Positions 37,340-47,864 of a stretch of DNA of 64,000 nucleotides are shown here, piece by piece. The notes beneath the pieces are model-generated. The model did no database searches, had not been told where the DNA came from, and saw nothing but the letters and a program-made list of their open reading frames with translations. Position numbers and translations under genes: made by a program. Positions within the stretch are counted from its first letter, which is position 1. Every line of letters starts with the position of its first letter. Where the stretch lies: contig JAUPSS010000010.1 of NCBI GenBank assembly GCA_040285825.1, positions 186,001 to 250,000 on the forward strand, written 5' to 3'. Origin of the DNA: Eukaryota sp. TZLM1-RC. Lineage: Eukaryota > Protista > Metamonada: BaSk clade.

Positions 37340-40084
37340 ATGCTATTTGCATGCTTTTCTTGTGGTCAACGACGCATCAGACACGAGCTTGCAGAAGAGC
37401 AATACATTTCAAGTACTCCAATACAACCATCATTACGCATTCATCCATCCACAACTCCATGCTCTTCTCTTCCTATATTCGTCTCGGTCGCTGATCAACA
37501 AGCATCACCTTCCTCTAATGACTCATCTGTCATTTTCAGTACTCTTGCTTCTCTGCTCGACTTCCCTCTCCATCCTGTCTGCTACAACTCTCACTATACT
37601 TACAAATCACCATCCCCTACTCACACTCTCTCTTTCCTAGAATTATTCAAGTCTCTTCACGATAGAGACAATCACACCCTTTGTCTTTCACTTCTTTCCA
37701 CCTATCCCAACTTTGCCTTTTCCATCTTCACTTTATCTTTCCTCTCCTCTCTTTCTGTGTCTTTTCTCTCTTCACTTGGAAATACTCTATTAAACCAATT
37801 CTCCGACCTTTGCTCCAATCATTTTCTCACCAATCCCTTACCCCAAGCTTGTTTACTACCTTACACTTGGGAATGGGGAGCTGAAAGTGAAAAACAACTG
37901 AGTATAAATGCTACTTTTTTTGATGAAAATGAAACTCCAGAATTATTCTTCAGGAAAAAAGCAACAGTTTTGGTTAATAGTTTATTTTTAATTACAAAAT
38001 TAGATCTTGTAGAAGTTGAAAAGATTCGAATTGAAATTTTCATGTACATGTGGATGTTGACTTGTCGGGATCACTTCACGTTATGTTTTGAAAAATTTAA
38101 AATTTCAAATTCAGAAAAACTTGCAAAATCATCAACAAAATGGGGACTTAGGTTAGTTAGTTTAAATTTTACTAATTTGGAACTAATTCAAAACATTATG
38201 TTATATATTTATGAAACAATTGATTCTGAAGTAGCTTGCTTTTTACTTGAACATTATTCAATTGGGATTAATTTTTTTATTGCTAAATTAAAACCAAGAT
38301 TCAAAAGATTTATTAGTAATTTAGAATTAAATACTGATTTTAATGATGGCATTACTGTTGAACATTTACAAAATAATTACTCTCAAGATCCAGGTTATAA
38401 AAAGTTTTGTTTGAACTTAATTGACCAATCATTGACTCATCAAGACTCATCAGTTTCCTTTTTAGATACCAGTATTGATAGCAAACCTGATGAAGAATTA
38501 CCCTCTGTTGTTGGTAACTTCACTGAATTGTCTCCTGATAATAATATTGACAAAGAATTTAATTCAGATGAAATTAATTCTGAAGTTAATTTAGATTTGG
38601 ATTTAAATAACAGAAATGCTGATGATGTCATTCAAGAAATTCCTCTGTTAGATCTTTCCAACTGCGATTCTAACCCTAACCAAGTTGATGATGATTTAGT
38701 GTTGTTAGATTTTGAAGAACCTGTTCAGAAATCTCAAGATATTGTAAGAGGTGAAAATGAATGGTTACCATTACCAGATTATATTGACGTTTCAAAACCT
38801 TTTCCAACACCCAATCAAATTCATGAATCTACATGTGACAACTCTGTCAGTGATCATTTGTCAGTCAATTTTGGATCTGTTGATAGGTCCCAAGAGCTTG
38901 TTCTACTTGACTTTGAGGATGTTTTTGTTCAGGTACCGCAAGAAGTGGAGAGAGAACATTGTGATGTATTGGTTGACAACAATAACCCCACACTTTTACG
39001 ATCTCCTTCTGCAACATCTCGTAATGAACTGAAGTCTGCACAAACATCACCAATTTCAGACACGGCAGTTGATACACCTATAACAGAGGCAGCACATAAC
39101 AAACAAGCTTCCACACATCTGGATAACACTCTACCAGGAGAGGAGGGTATACAGACGTCTACATTGGATACAAAAGGGAGAGATGTTTCCATACAAATGG
39201 AATCTGAACCTCCACTCAAACTCACATCTTCGGACCTCTTTGACGCTTCTACACCCGCCCACAACTCTCCTCTCATTAGAACGAGGAAGGCAAAAGCTCC
39301 TGCAAAGCATAACATATCCTTTGGTTCTCGTCCTACACAAGCCACCCCTCCAGCAATCTTTTCGAACGCTCCCCCTCCTATAACAACACTACCCAAATTG
39401 GTGATCAGTGATCTCCCCATTCCCGCAGCTGCAGGTAAAGCTTCCTCAGCTCGTCGGTTCAGTTCTATTACTCAACGAGACACTCCTCCCATTACGTTTG
39501 ATTTTGTCACGGAAGAACAACGTATGGATGAACATGTGAGCAAGCTAGGTCATGATTTCGCTGCTCGTGCTAGAATTTCCGCTACAAAAGCCATATTAGC
39601 GGCAACAGAACAACGAAATAGAATCATTGCTAATACTTTTAAGTTTAGTAAAACAGATGGTGCAGATGAGTTTACTAAAACAGAATCTAATCACACACCA
39701 TCCAGTAATATTTCCACACCAAGTACATCATCATCCAGACATTCAATCGTTGAGGACTACGATCTTCACGACTCTGTTGTCACGGGAGACTCTGACATTG
39801 ATGAGAGTGTTTATGAACATGATCATCAGGAAGAACAGGAAAAGGAAAAGAATGATGAAAGCTCTGTATTGAGTTCTGACATGTCTATTGATGGTATTTT
39901 GGCTAAGTACGAAAGGTATTTAAATAGCACGAGCGAAGCAAGTACTGATTATGAATCAATGTTTCATGATTTGAATTTACAAAACATTGAAATTAATTCA
40001 CAAATGTTGGCCTCCAATGCTGATATATCGGAATACATGGAGTCTTTATCAAGGTTACAAAACATTTCTATGACAGAAATTTAA
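37340..40084 (+). CDS. Hypothetical protein (~914 aa) with an acidic, S/T/P-rich, probably disordered C-terminal half
   Basis: Long uninterrupted ORF with first ATG at 37340. It converges on SEC61 with a 41-bp gap. No recognisable motif. Confidence 0.8.
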   Translation: MLFACFSCGQRRIRHELAEEQYISSTPIQPSLRIHPSTTPCSSLPIFVSVADQQASPSSNDSSVIFSTLASLLDFPLHPVCYNSHYTYKSPSPTHTLSFLELFKSLHDRDNHTLCLSLLSTYPNFAFSIFTLSFLSSLSVSFLSSLGNTLLNQFSDLCSNHFLTNPLPQACLLPYTWEWGAESEKQLSINATFFDENETPELFFRKKATVLVNSLFLITKLDLVEVEKIRIEIFMYMWMLTCRDHFTLCFEKFKISNSEKLAKSSTKWGLRLVSLNFTNLELIQNIMLYIYETIDSEVACFLLEHYSIGINFFIAKLKPRFKRFISNLELNTDFNDGITVEHLQNNYSQDPGYKKFCLNLIDQSLTHQDSSVSFLDTSIDSKPDEELPSVVGNFTELSPDNNIDKEFNSDEINSEVNLDLDLNNRNADDVIQEIPLLDLSNCDSNPNQVDDDLVLLDFEEPVQKSQDIVRGENEWLPLPDYIDVSKPFPTPNQIHESTCDNSVSDHLSVNFGSVDRSQELVLLDFEDVFVQVPQEVEREHCDVLVDNNNPTLLRSPSATSRNELKSAQTSPISDTAVDTPITEAAHNKQASTHLDNTLPGEEGIQTSTLDTKGRDVSIQMESEPPLKLTSSDLFDASTPAHNSPLIRTRKAKAPAKHNISFGSRPTQATPPAIFSNAPPPITTLPKLVISDLPIPAAAGKASSARRFSSITQRDTPPITFDFVTEEQRMDEHVSKLGHDFAARARISATKAILAATEQRNRIIANTFKFSKTDGADEFTKTESNHTPSSNISTPSTSSSRHSIVEDYDLHDSVVTGDSDIDESVYEHDHQEEQEKEKNDESSVLSSDMSIDGILAKYERYLNSTSEASTDYESMFHDLNLQNIEINSQMLASNADISEYMESLSRLQNISMTEI

Positions 40085-40125
40085 AAATCTTCTACAAAAG
40101 TTTATTTGCATAACTAAAAATAAAT

Positions 40126-41577
40126 CTATTCTACTTTTTGTTGTTCCTTTTCTATATTTTCTCTAATATTTGCAATCAAAGATGAGGCCATCAAAACACC
40201 AGTACCACCACCAACACAGCCTAATAATTCACCAGCAATAACCAAGCATCCAAGAAGGGCACCGCCTACCAAGGCACAACGCTTGACATAACGAGAAACA
40301 GTACGGTAGGTGAATTCATCATAAACACCACCTTTCTGTTGTTGAGTTTTGGTAGGATCTCTGGCTTGGCGAGTTCCGGGAGTCATTAAACGTTGTTGTT
40401 TAAGACTCTGAGCAAGTTCTACTGGACCGCTACCAGACATTTGAAGCCACACAAAAGAGAATCCAGCACATGCAGCAATGGTGACAATAGAGTGAACCAA
40501 AGTTTTCATTGGGTTAGCAAGGGCTTGGGAGAGTCCACGAGGAGAGGCAAGGTAGGAAACAAGACCACCAATGGGAACACCTTGATCCCAGATTCCAAGG
40601 CTTCGGACCACACCGTTACCAGCACCAAATCTTCGGAACAACAATTGTGAAACAAAGAAGAGATTAGATATTAATGCATTTTGGAGGATGGCGGGCATAT
40701 TGGCGGTATAAAACAACTTAATAGGATAGGAAATCATTCCTTCACGATAACCAGCTCTCTTCAAGGGGATTTCTACTCTAAAGTTGGATAAATACAATAC
40801 AAGGTAGAACAAAGCAGCAGTATTAACCAGAGTAGTGACGTTAGGCATTCCACGGCGGAAAAGGGCATAACGGATGGCTGACAGTCTAGAGGCATGAGGT
40901 CCCTTCTTAATAGCATTTCCAACAAACTGGAGGAGAGCACCTTCAAATTCAGTGGATCCTGGGATAGCTTGGGATGGGGCAGTGATGGGCGAAAGAGCAG
41001 TCCAAACAATTTGTTCACAAATGTTGGAAGCAATGAAGAGAGAGACACCTTGAGTGGTGACACAGTAGTTCTTGGAGAGCATGTCGTCCCAGAGAATAAC
41101 AACTACACCGGAGAGAAGGAGCTGTAAAACGATCAGTGAAGCGTTAAACATTCCCAATTCAGAGACAGGTCCGTAAATGCCAGAAAGTGTGTATGCGATT
41201 GCTTGGAAGAGGGTGATTCCGAGAGCGATAAGCTTCTGTACTTTTCCATGTAATGCACGTTCGTTGGGATCGTTCTGGTTAATGCGGAGGATACGGACTG
41301 CAGACAACAACTGCAAGACCATTCCCGATGTGATGATGGGTGAGATACCCAATTCCATCAGAGTACCCTTGTTTGAGGCAAGGATAACTCTACTCCAATA
41401 GAAGGGATCGCCTCCTTTTGTTGAGAGCATACCATATAAAGGAACTTGACTGGCGATCAAGAAAAACAAAAGGATGAGAGCTGTCCACAAAACTCTCTGC
41501 CTCAGAGGGACTTTAGTCGTTGGTTCCGGTACTTCTGGGACCAGTACTGTGAGAGGCTTCAAGATCACTAACAACAT
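40126..41577 (-). CDS. SEC61A: Protein translocon subunit Sec61 alpha (SecY family), divergent
   Basis: LVPEV..P...LWT...SQVPLYG, DPFYW.RVILASNKGTLMELGISPIITSG, GVSLFIASNICE, EFEGA, YPIKLFYT.NMP, GTG.L.A; about 10 hydrophobic segments. Confidence 0.96.
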   Translation of the reverse strand: MLLVILKPLTVLVPEVPEPTTKVPLRQRVLWTALILLFFLIASQVPLYGMLSTKGGDPFYWSRVILASNKGTLMELGISPIITSGMVLQLLSAVRILRINQNDPNERALHGKVQKLIALGITLFQAIAYTLSGIYGPVSELGMFNASLIVLQLLLSGVVVILWDDMLSKNYCVTTQGVSLFIASNICEQIVWTALSPITAPSQAIPGSTEFEGALLQFVGNAIKKGPHASRLSAIRYALFRRGMPNVTTLVNTAALFYLVLYLSNFRVEIPLKRAGYREGMISYPIKLFYTANMPAILQNALISNLFFVSQLLFRRFGAGNGVVRSLGIWDQGVPIGGLVSYLASPRGLSQALANPMKTLVHSIVTIAACAGFSFVWLQMSGSGPVELAQSLKQQRLMTPGTRQARDPTKTQQQKGGVYDEFTYRTVSRYVKRCALVGGALLGCLVIAGELLGCVGGGTGVLMASSLIANIRENIEKEQQKVE

Positions 41578-41774
41578 GTTGTGTGGTGAGAATCTTTATG
41601 GTCAAAATTCTTCTATGCAAATTTCAATCTACCTTCTGTTAATGAAAGTCTTGGCTGTGAAGAATGGTGAATAAGTCGAGGTAACTTTTGTTCATGTATG
41701 CATATTTAAAAGATATAAAGTAACAGACATTCAATTCCTCAAAAAGTAAAAATGAATTCTCTGATCAATATATA

Positions 41775-43380
41775 TGTTAGCATTATATATCTTTAGTTTA
41801 TAATAGTTTATAGTTTATTAGTTCATAGTTTGTTCTAATTTATTATATAATTGCGCTAGTGCGCCCAAGTCGGAGGAAACCCCTTTGCCTTCGTAATAAA
41901 TTTCTTTACATTTCAAAGTACTAGGTCTAACCCTAACCCCCACAGATCACCATCAGCTATTGGATCTACTTCGGTCGATTCCGAAAACGCTTCCGAATCT
42001 GGTAGGATTGATATTCCTCCAGCCCAAAACACTAGCTGTTTTCCCAAAGTCCTTAATCGGGATCAGAACCTACTTCTTCAACTGGTTCTTAGGGAAACAA
42101 TGCTTCTTCTCCCTCCACGTTGACGTCTCCCTCAGGAGGTAACGTCACATCAACCAATGTAGAAGGTTCTTCCTCTCAAACTTCTCAGTTGACAACAGAA
42201 CCACCCCTTGCTGGCGAGGGAAGTGTTACTTCCTCTCACTCTCTCGGTACTACTCCATCTTCGACCGTTCCTGTATTACCTATCAGAGTTTTCAGTTCCC
42301 TTTTCCAATGAAGAAGACCTTCTCGAAAGAAAACTGCCTTGAGCATCCCAGGCAAAAGCATTATGTTCAGACGTGAAGCTTTTGACCACAAAAATGTTTC
42401 TGTAGTATTTCAGAAGGTTATGGCAAACATCTTCTCCGGAAACGGTGTTTTTATCCATTTAGATAACATCATCATAGTGGGTAGAACATTCAACGAGCTC
42501 CTTGAACGTCTTCGACGTGTCCTCGAGAATGCACGAACATGCAGTGTTAGCCTTGGACTGCCCAAGTACTATTTCGTGTCATTTAGACACCCCTTAAATA
42601 TCCTTGGCAGCAAATTCCAACACTAAACCAGGACAATTGATACCACACGAACATAATCTTTACTGAATTTTTTCCGACCTAAGACTGTGAAGGACGCCCG
42701 TTGCCTTATCGATTCAGTCAACTTTATTAGGTAACTAAACATGTCGCCCCGATCATCAAATCAACGCACTGTAAACCCCGTCGCTTGCATTAATCAAACA
42801 CTCACGACTTCCATCTCACCAAAATCAAGCGTTCGAATGCCGAACCTCTAAAATTATCTCCGGTGAATAACCAAGTCCTTATCAGTTGTGACGCATCTGA
42901 CATTGCTGTAGGTGGTGTAATTTGGGAACAAATCGAACCCATTGAGGATCCTGGTACTTCTTTACTCAATAATAAGTGTAGGTTAATCAGCATCTTTACC
43001 AGATTGCTAACTAACTCTCAGTAGAACTGGCCCACGGTGCAGAAAAAGTTCTACGCTATTCTCCCTATGCTTACCGAAAGTGGCTCCGAAAACCACCTTA
43101 AAGAAAGGCACCTGATCATATTTCTCAGATCACCAAAATTTCACCTACATGCTTACTGCTCAAACAAAAACAGAATAGTCAAAAGGTGGCTCCCCATCTT
43201 TTCTAAGTTCATATGCGATATCGTTTATACAAAAGGGGATAAGAACAATTGAATAGACATGCTATCTAGGATAATACCACCTTGAGACAATCATAACGTC
43301 AATCATTTGGACCATTTAAACGACTAAAAGTTCCGTCCTACATATTGGAAAGATAGAATTGATGAAACCGAACCCGAAAG
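41775..43380 (+). mobile_element. Degraded Ty3/Gypsy element (possible LTR 41775-41944; RT and RNase H remnants 42339-43270)
   Basis: SIPGKSIMF...FIHLDNIII, DASDIAVGG and KNRIVKRWLP parallel the intact pol. The TG...CA segment shares atagtttatagtttattag with the LTR at 60509. Confidence 0.7.
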
Positions 43381-43383
43381 GTG

Positions 43384-43418
43384 TTATTATTATTATTATT
43401 ATTATTTATTATTATTAA
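43384..43418 (+). repeat. (TTA)n microsatellite at the junction of two Gypsy relics
   Basis: ttattattattattattattatttattattatta. Confidence 0.85.
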
Positions 43419-43429
43419 TAGGGACAGAC

Positions 43430-46400
43430 ATGTTAAAAGCACTTGGGCTTCAGACGGATGATGGTCTTTTCATTAGATTAGACAAAGAACACCGCACTTT
43501 GCTAAATGCAGAATCAGAATTCGACTCAAGAATCGCTCAACATTTGATTGGGACCTTAGATAACCAATCATCGAGTCCTTCCGATTTTGAGGAGCAGTTA
43601 ACTAGATCTGGTTGTGAGATAAAATTAGATGATGATAATAATAAATTAAAATTAACGAGTCTACTAAAATTATTCAGCGATGTTTTTAGTGAAACTCCTA
43701 ATAGAAAAGGAATCGATTGTAATCCTCTAACAATCCCCTTTAGAGATGAGAATGCTATAGTACACAAGCCTGCTAGACGGTTAAATCCCAGCAAAATGGA
43801 AATAGCAAACAAAATATTTGATGAGCTGATCGAAATGGGCTATGCAGTTGAATCTAATTATAAATTCAGCTCTCCTATTGTCTTAGTTATATATCCTGAC
43901 GGCAAGAAACCCAGGTTAACTGGAGACTTTAGTGGTAAAGATGGAGTTAATGCCCATACGATTTCAGTAGAGCCTAATCTACCTAGGATTAGTGATATTT
44001 TAGAATTTTTGAGTAGAGCAAATTACATCGCCACGCTTGATTTACCAAAAGCTTTCTGGCAGATGAATGTAGCTGAGAAGGATATTGAGAAAACATCAAT
44101 CTCAATTCTTGGAAGGTCGATCATGTTTAAAAGAGCTTGCTTCGGATTAAAGAACATTCCAGCAGTTTTTCAAAACGTAATGATGGAAATTTTCCAAATA
44201 GACGGCGTTTTTATATATATTGATGATATCATTATAGTTGGAACGACTTTCGAAGAATTCTATAAAAGATTACAAAGAGTCCTCCAATGCGCCAGAAATA
44301 GACGTGTAAATATAGGCTTACGTAAATGTAAATTCGTAACTTCCAAACACCCTATTGACATTTTAGGAAGCACCTTCCAGGACAAAACTAGATTTATTAG
44401 TAAGAAAAAGATCGAAGCCTGGATGAGAATCCCTAGACCAACATCAGTGAAAGAAGTTCGCTCATTGGTAGGATCCATCAATTATATTAGAGATTGGCTT
44501 CCAGGTATCTCCGAATTAATAGCTCCAATCAATGAGTTAATTAAAGGAAAACCTAGAATAATAAAATATACCAACGAGCATGATGATTATTTTAAACAAA
44601 TAAAAGATTTAATAATTAATCACATGCCTCTTGAATTACCAGCTCCGGGCAAGCGAGTATTAATAAGTACTGACGCTTCAGATGTAGCAGTAGGAGGTGT
44701 TATTTGGCAAGAAATTGAACCATACTCTCCTGCAGGAACCCCGCTGAATAAAAGGAAAGTGAAACCTTTGTCGTTCTATAGTAGATTACTTACAGAAACA
44801 CAAAGAAAATGGTCCACTTTACAGAAAGAATTATACGCAATACTTCTGATTTTAACTGAAAGTTGTTTAGAAAGCTACCTTTTGACTAGACATCTAACAA
44901 TTTTCACTGATCACAAAAATATTGCATTCCTGGCCACAGCCCCAGAAAAAAATAGAATTGTAAAGAGATGGCTGCCGATACTATCTGAATTCGACTTTGA
45001 TATAGTCCATGAACCAGGTGAAGATAACCACTGGGCAGATATGTTATCGAGGAATATTGATTTAGATCAAAATGAGGAAACTCCTTCTATATGTAGTATA
45101 AATATACCAGATACTTTACTTTCGAACTACGAGATACCTCCAATAGACGATGATTCTGATTCGGACTTCGAAGACATCCCATCAATTTCATCCCTAAGTA
45201 GACACCAGGACTTACCTATTTTTTCTTCTTGGTTCTCTAAAATAAGATCTGAACAACAAATAGCCAAGAATAATAATGACCCTCTATTTGAGAATGCAAT
45301 TCTAGATGAAAATACTCAAATTTGGAAAAACAATAAAAATAAAATTTTAATTCCAAAAAGCCTCAGAAAACAGGCACTATTATTAATTCATGGATTGGTT
45401 CAATCAGGTCACCCCAGCAAAAACGATAGTCTACACAAACTGTCCAAAAGCAACTTTTTCTGGCCTAATATGAGAAAGGACCTCATAAACCACATCAAAA
45501 GATGCCCAACTTGTCAAAAAACGGCACCAGTCAAAAGAATAAAAACACCTTCCACAGGTTCCCTTTGGGCAGATCGTCCTTTCGCTAGATTAAATGTCGA
45601 CACGATTGGACCTCTGAATACTGATTGTGATGATAATAAATACTTGTTAGTATTTGTAGATTCTTTTACTGGATATACGATTTTAGTCCCTCTAAAGGAA
45701 CTCAATGCCTTAGAGACCGCAGACGCTTTGATTTGGAACGTTTGCGCAATTTTTGGCATACCTATGTTAATTCATAGCGATAATGGTCCTGAGTTCGCCA
45801 ATGAGACTTTTAAGATAGTGTGTAATAGATTAGCTATTGAGATGATTAACTCAATACCCCACTACTCTGAAAGTAATGGACTCGTAGAACGAAAACATAG
45901 AGACGTTCTACAATGCTTGAGGAAATTATTAATAGATTTTAATGATTATGGAAATTGGTCTACTTATGTACCCATATCCCAACTATTAATAAATTCCACT
46001 AAAAGTAGAAAGACAGGTTTTACACCTTACGAACTAATGTTCGGATCTTCGATTAGTCCAAGATCGTACCCTGCAAACATATTAGGAAACTTATCGAAAT
46101 TTGATTCCAATATTCCTTTTTTAGACGATATTAAATTGAAAAATACTCGTCTGCAAGAAAAAAGGGAAGAAGCAGAGCGTCATCAATCATTAAACACTCC
46201 GATTTCAGTAGACAATACTAATTCGCGTTCTATAGTATTTAATATTGGTGACTATGTCCTACGTAAAACCAAACAGAATAATAAATTGCATGGATCTTGG
46301 AACGGACCCTTTTTAGTAATAGACCATCCTTCCAACTCCACTTTATTATTAAAGAATCTTATCACTGGCAGCGAATTAAAGGCTGCTAAGAAAGATTGCA

Positions 46401-46714
46401 AAATCTATAACGCAGATAATCCACAGGATATCGAGTTTCTTAAGGCAGTCGCAGCAGGCGATGCTGAGAAACATGTTATAGAGAAAATCCTCTCAGAATA
46501 TAATTATGACTCAGGTAGTTTCTGTACTGTTCAATGGTTTGGCGGTGAGACGACAGAAGAGCCTCTCCATTCAGTTAAACATTCAGAAGCTTACAAGTTG
46601 TTCAGTAGGAATAACAAGACAATTGGAAAACGTACTACCAGTCAACGTAAAAGTACCTCCAATAACTCTACGCCTTACAAGAGGCCTAGACGTAGTACTA
46701 GAATTAGGAAGTGA
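43430..46714 (+). CDS. pol: Ty3/Gypsy Pol (end of protease, RT, RNase H, integrase, GPF module, chromodomain-like tail); 5'-truncated element
   Basis: LDLPKAFWQ, YIDD, TDASDVAVGG, TDHKN, H..GHP..CPTC, DTIGP, HSDNGPEF, SNGLVER, WNGPF, IEKIL...VQWFGGETTEEP. The upstream frame reads IGTDML (protease end). Confidence 0.96.
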   Translation: MLKALGLQTDDGLFIRLDKEHRTLLNAESEFDSRIAQHLIGTLDNQSSSPSDFEEQLTRSGCEIKLDDDNNKLKLTSLLKLFSDVFSETPNRKGIDCNPLTIPFRDENAIVHKPARRLNPSKMEIANKIFDELIEMGYAVESNYKFSSPIVLVIYPDGKKPRLTGDFSGKDGVNAHTISVEPNLPRISDILEFLSRANYIATLDLPKAFWQMNVAEKDIEKTSISILGRSIMFKRACFGLKNIPAVFQNVMMEIFQIDGVFIYIDDIIIVGTTFEEFYKRLQRVLQCARNRRVNIGLRKCKFVTSKHPIDILGSTFQDKTRFISKKKIEAWMRIPRPTSVKEVRSLVGSINYIRDWLPGISELIAPINELIKGKPRIIKYTNEHDDYFKQIKDLIINHMPLELPAPGKRVLISTDASDVAVGGVIWQEIEPYSPAGTPLNKRKVKPLSFYSRLLTETQRKWSTLQKELYAILLILTESCLESYLLTRHLTIFTDHKNIAFLATAPEKNRIVKRWLPILSEFDFDIVHEPGEDNHWADMLSRNIDLDQNEETPSICSINIPDTLLSNYEIPPIDDDSDSDFEDIPSISSLSRHQDLPIFSSWFSKIRSEQQIAKNNNDPLFENAILDENTQIWKNNKNKILIPKSLRKQALLLIHGLVQSGHPSKNDSLHKLSKSNFFWPNMRKDLINHIKRCPTCQKTAPVKRIKTPSTGSLWADRPFARLNVDTIGPLNTDCDDNKYLLVFVDSFTGYTILVPLKELNALETADALIWNVCAIFGIPMLIHSDNGPEFANETFKIVCNRLAIEMINSIPHYSESNGLVERKHRDVLQCLRKLLIDFNDYGNWSTYVPISQLLINSTKSRKTGFTPYELMFGSSISPRSYPANILGNLSKFDSNIPFLDDIKLKNTRLQEKREEAERHQSLNTPISVDNTNSRSIVFNIGDYVLRKTKQNNKLHGSWNGPFLVIDHPSNSTLLLKNLITGSELKAAKKDCKIYNADNPQDIEFLKAVAAGDAEKHVIEKILSEYNYDSGSFCTVQWFGGETTEEPLHSVKHSEAYKLFSRNNKTIGKRTTSQRKSTSNNSTPYKRPRRSTRIRK

Positions 46715-46809
46715 TGCTAATTCTTAGTTTAGATTAGTTTAGATTACTTGTAGTTATTTAGTTATTTGTTTATAGTTTAGATTCATATTTATATAAGCCT
46801 ATTATCTTT

Positions 46810-46908
46810 GAAAAGGGGAAGAAGCAGTGTTGGCGCCCTAAGGCTTTTATAATATGAATAGAAAATAAATTATCTTTATCTCAACCACTTTTGCAACCTA
46901 AGGCAACA
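46810..46908 (+). repeat. Polypurine tract and 81-bp 3' LTR (46828-46908)
   Basis: gaaaaggggaagaagcag|TGTTGG...GGCAACA. Two mismatches to the copy at 53308-53388. Confidence 0.9.
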
Positions 46909-47271
46909 AAAGACATTCTGCGTTTAGGATTTTTGAGAACAAACACTAGCAGCCGAAGTGTATTAATTGTTGATGGATGTAGAATTCATCTGTCACCCTT
47001 TATAACCGCTGCTTTGAACAAAATGGGCATTTTTTATATCGTATTACCACCATATTGCCCAGAATCAAATCCTATTGAGGCGTACTTTTCGGTTTTAAGA
47101 AAAAATATTCGTGATGCTTCTCACCAAATCAAAGGCAAAAGTTCCATTGAGATTATTCAAACAGTTTTACCACAGCTTAAGTTCGATTGTACTGCTCTCT
47201 TCAATCATAGTGGGTGGATTGATTATCAACTGTATGAGTCTCCATATTTATCTGAGAATATAGACCATTAG
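46909..47271 (+). pseudogene. IS630/Tc1-mariner DDE transposase C-terminal fragment, cut off by the LTR
   Basis: VLIVDGCRIH...LPPYCPESNPIEAYFSVLR, matching the DNAxxH / LPPYSPELNPIE consensus. Confidence 0.85.
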
Positions 47272-47294
47272 TTCAAAAATAAAATTGTTTATCA

Positions 47295-47864
47295 TTAGGG
47301 AAATAACTGTCGCTGTGCAAGACCTGCATTCACTATTTCTTCGTTAGAACTATTTGATTGTGTTGCAGGCGGAGAGACAAAATCGTTTTCTACTCTTGAC
47401 ATTCTGGATAAAGGAGCATGGGGGTCATCAACATCATCAACCTGATCTAAGGCACGCTCAGCAAGTGGCATAAGTCTTGCACGACCTGGAGATCTTCTTT
47501 TAAGAGACTGACAAAAGCCTGCAACTTTTTTAAACAATATAGTTCTTTGAACTTCCTCCAAACGGTTTCTCTCAGCATCAATCCGAAGTAGTTCACGTGA
47601 TAACATTTGTGCGACAGCATTTCCAAAGTTTTCATCTTCGTCATCACTTTCGGGTTGATTGACAGAATTGAAAAATCGAGATAAATCGGTAGGTATAATA
47701 GTAGAAGAAGCCTCACGCTTCTCCACAAGAGAGGCCCAGTATTTCCAAATGGCTAATGGAGCCGATACACCTGCGTTGAGCTCTTTCAAGTCTTCAACTG
47801 GCATTTTGATAACCCCTTGTTGTACCTGCTCCTGCTGCCACATTTTGTAGGTCTCCTTGTCCAC
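47295..47864 (-). CDS. Hypothetical ORF convergent with the transposase; probably a 5'-disrupted gene
   Basis: 189 aa from GTG. The frame stays open ~47 codons further upstream to a stop, with no ATG there. Confidence 0.4.
   Translation of the reverse strand: MDKETYKMWQQEQVQQGVIKMPVEDLKELNAGVSAPLAIWKYWASLVEKREASSTIIPTDLSRFFNSVNQPESDDEDENFGNAVAQMLSRELLRIDAERNRLEEVQRTILFKKVAGFCQSLKRRSPGRARLMPLAERALDQVDDVDDPHAPLSRMSRVENDFVSPPATQSNSSNEEIVNAGLAQRQLFP

Noticed and set aside
41927-41939. Telomere-like ctaaccctaaccc
   Set aside because: Only two units, inside a putative LTR; no array.
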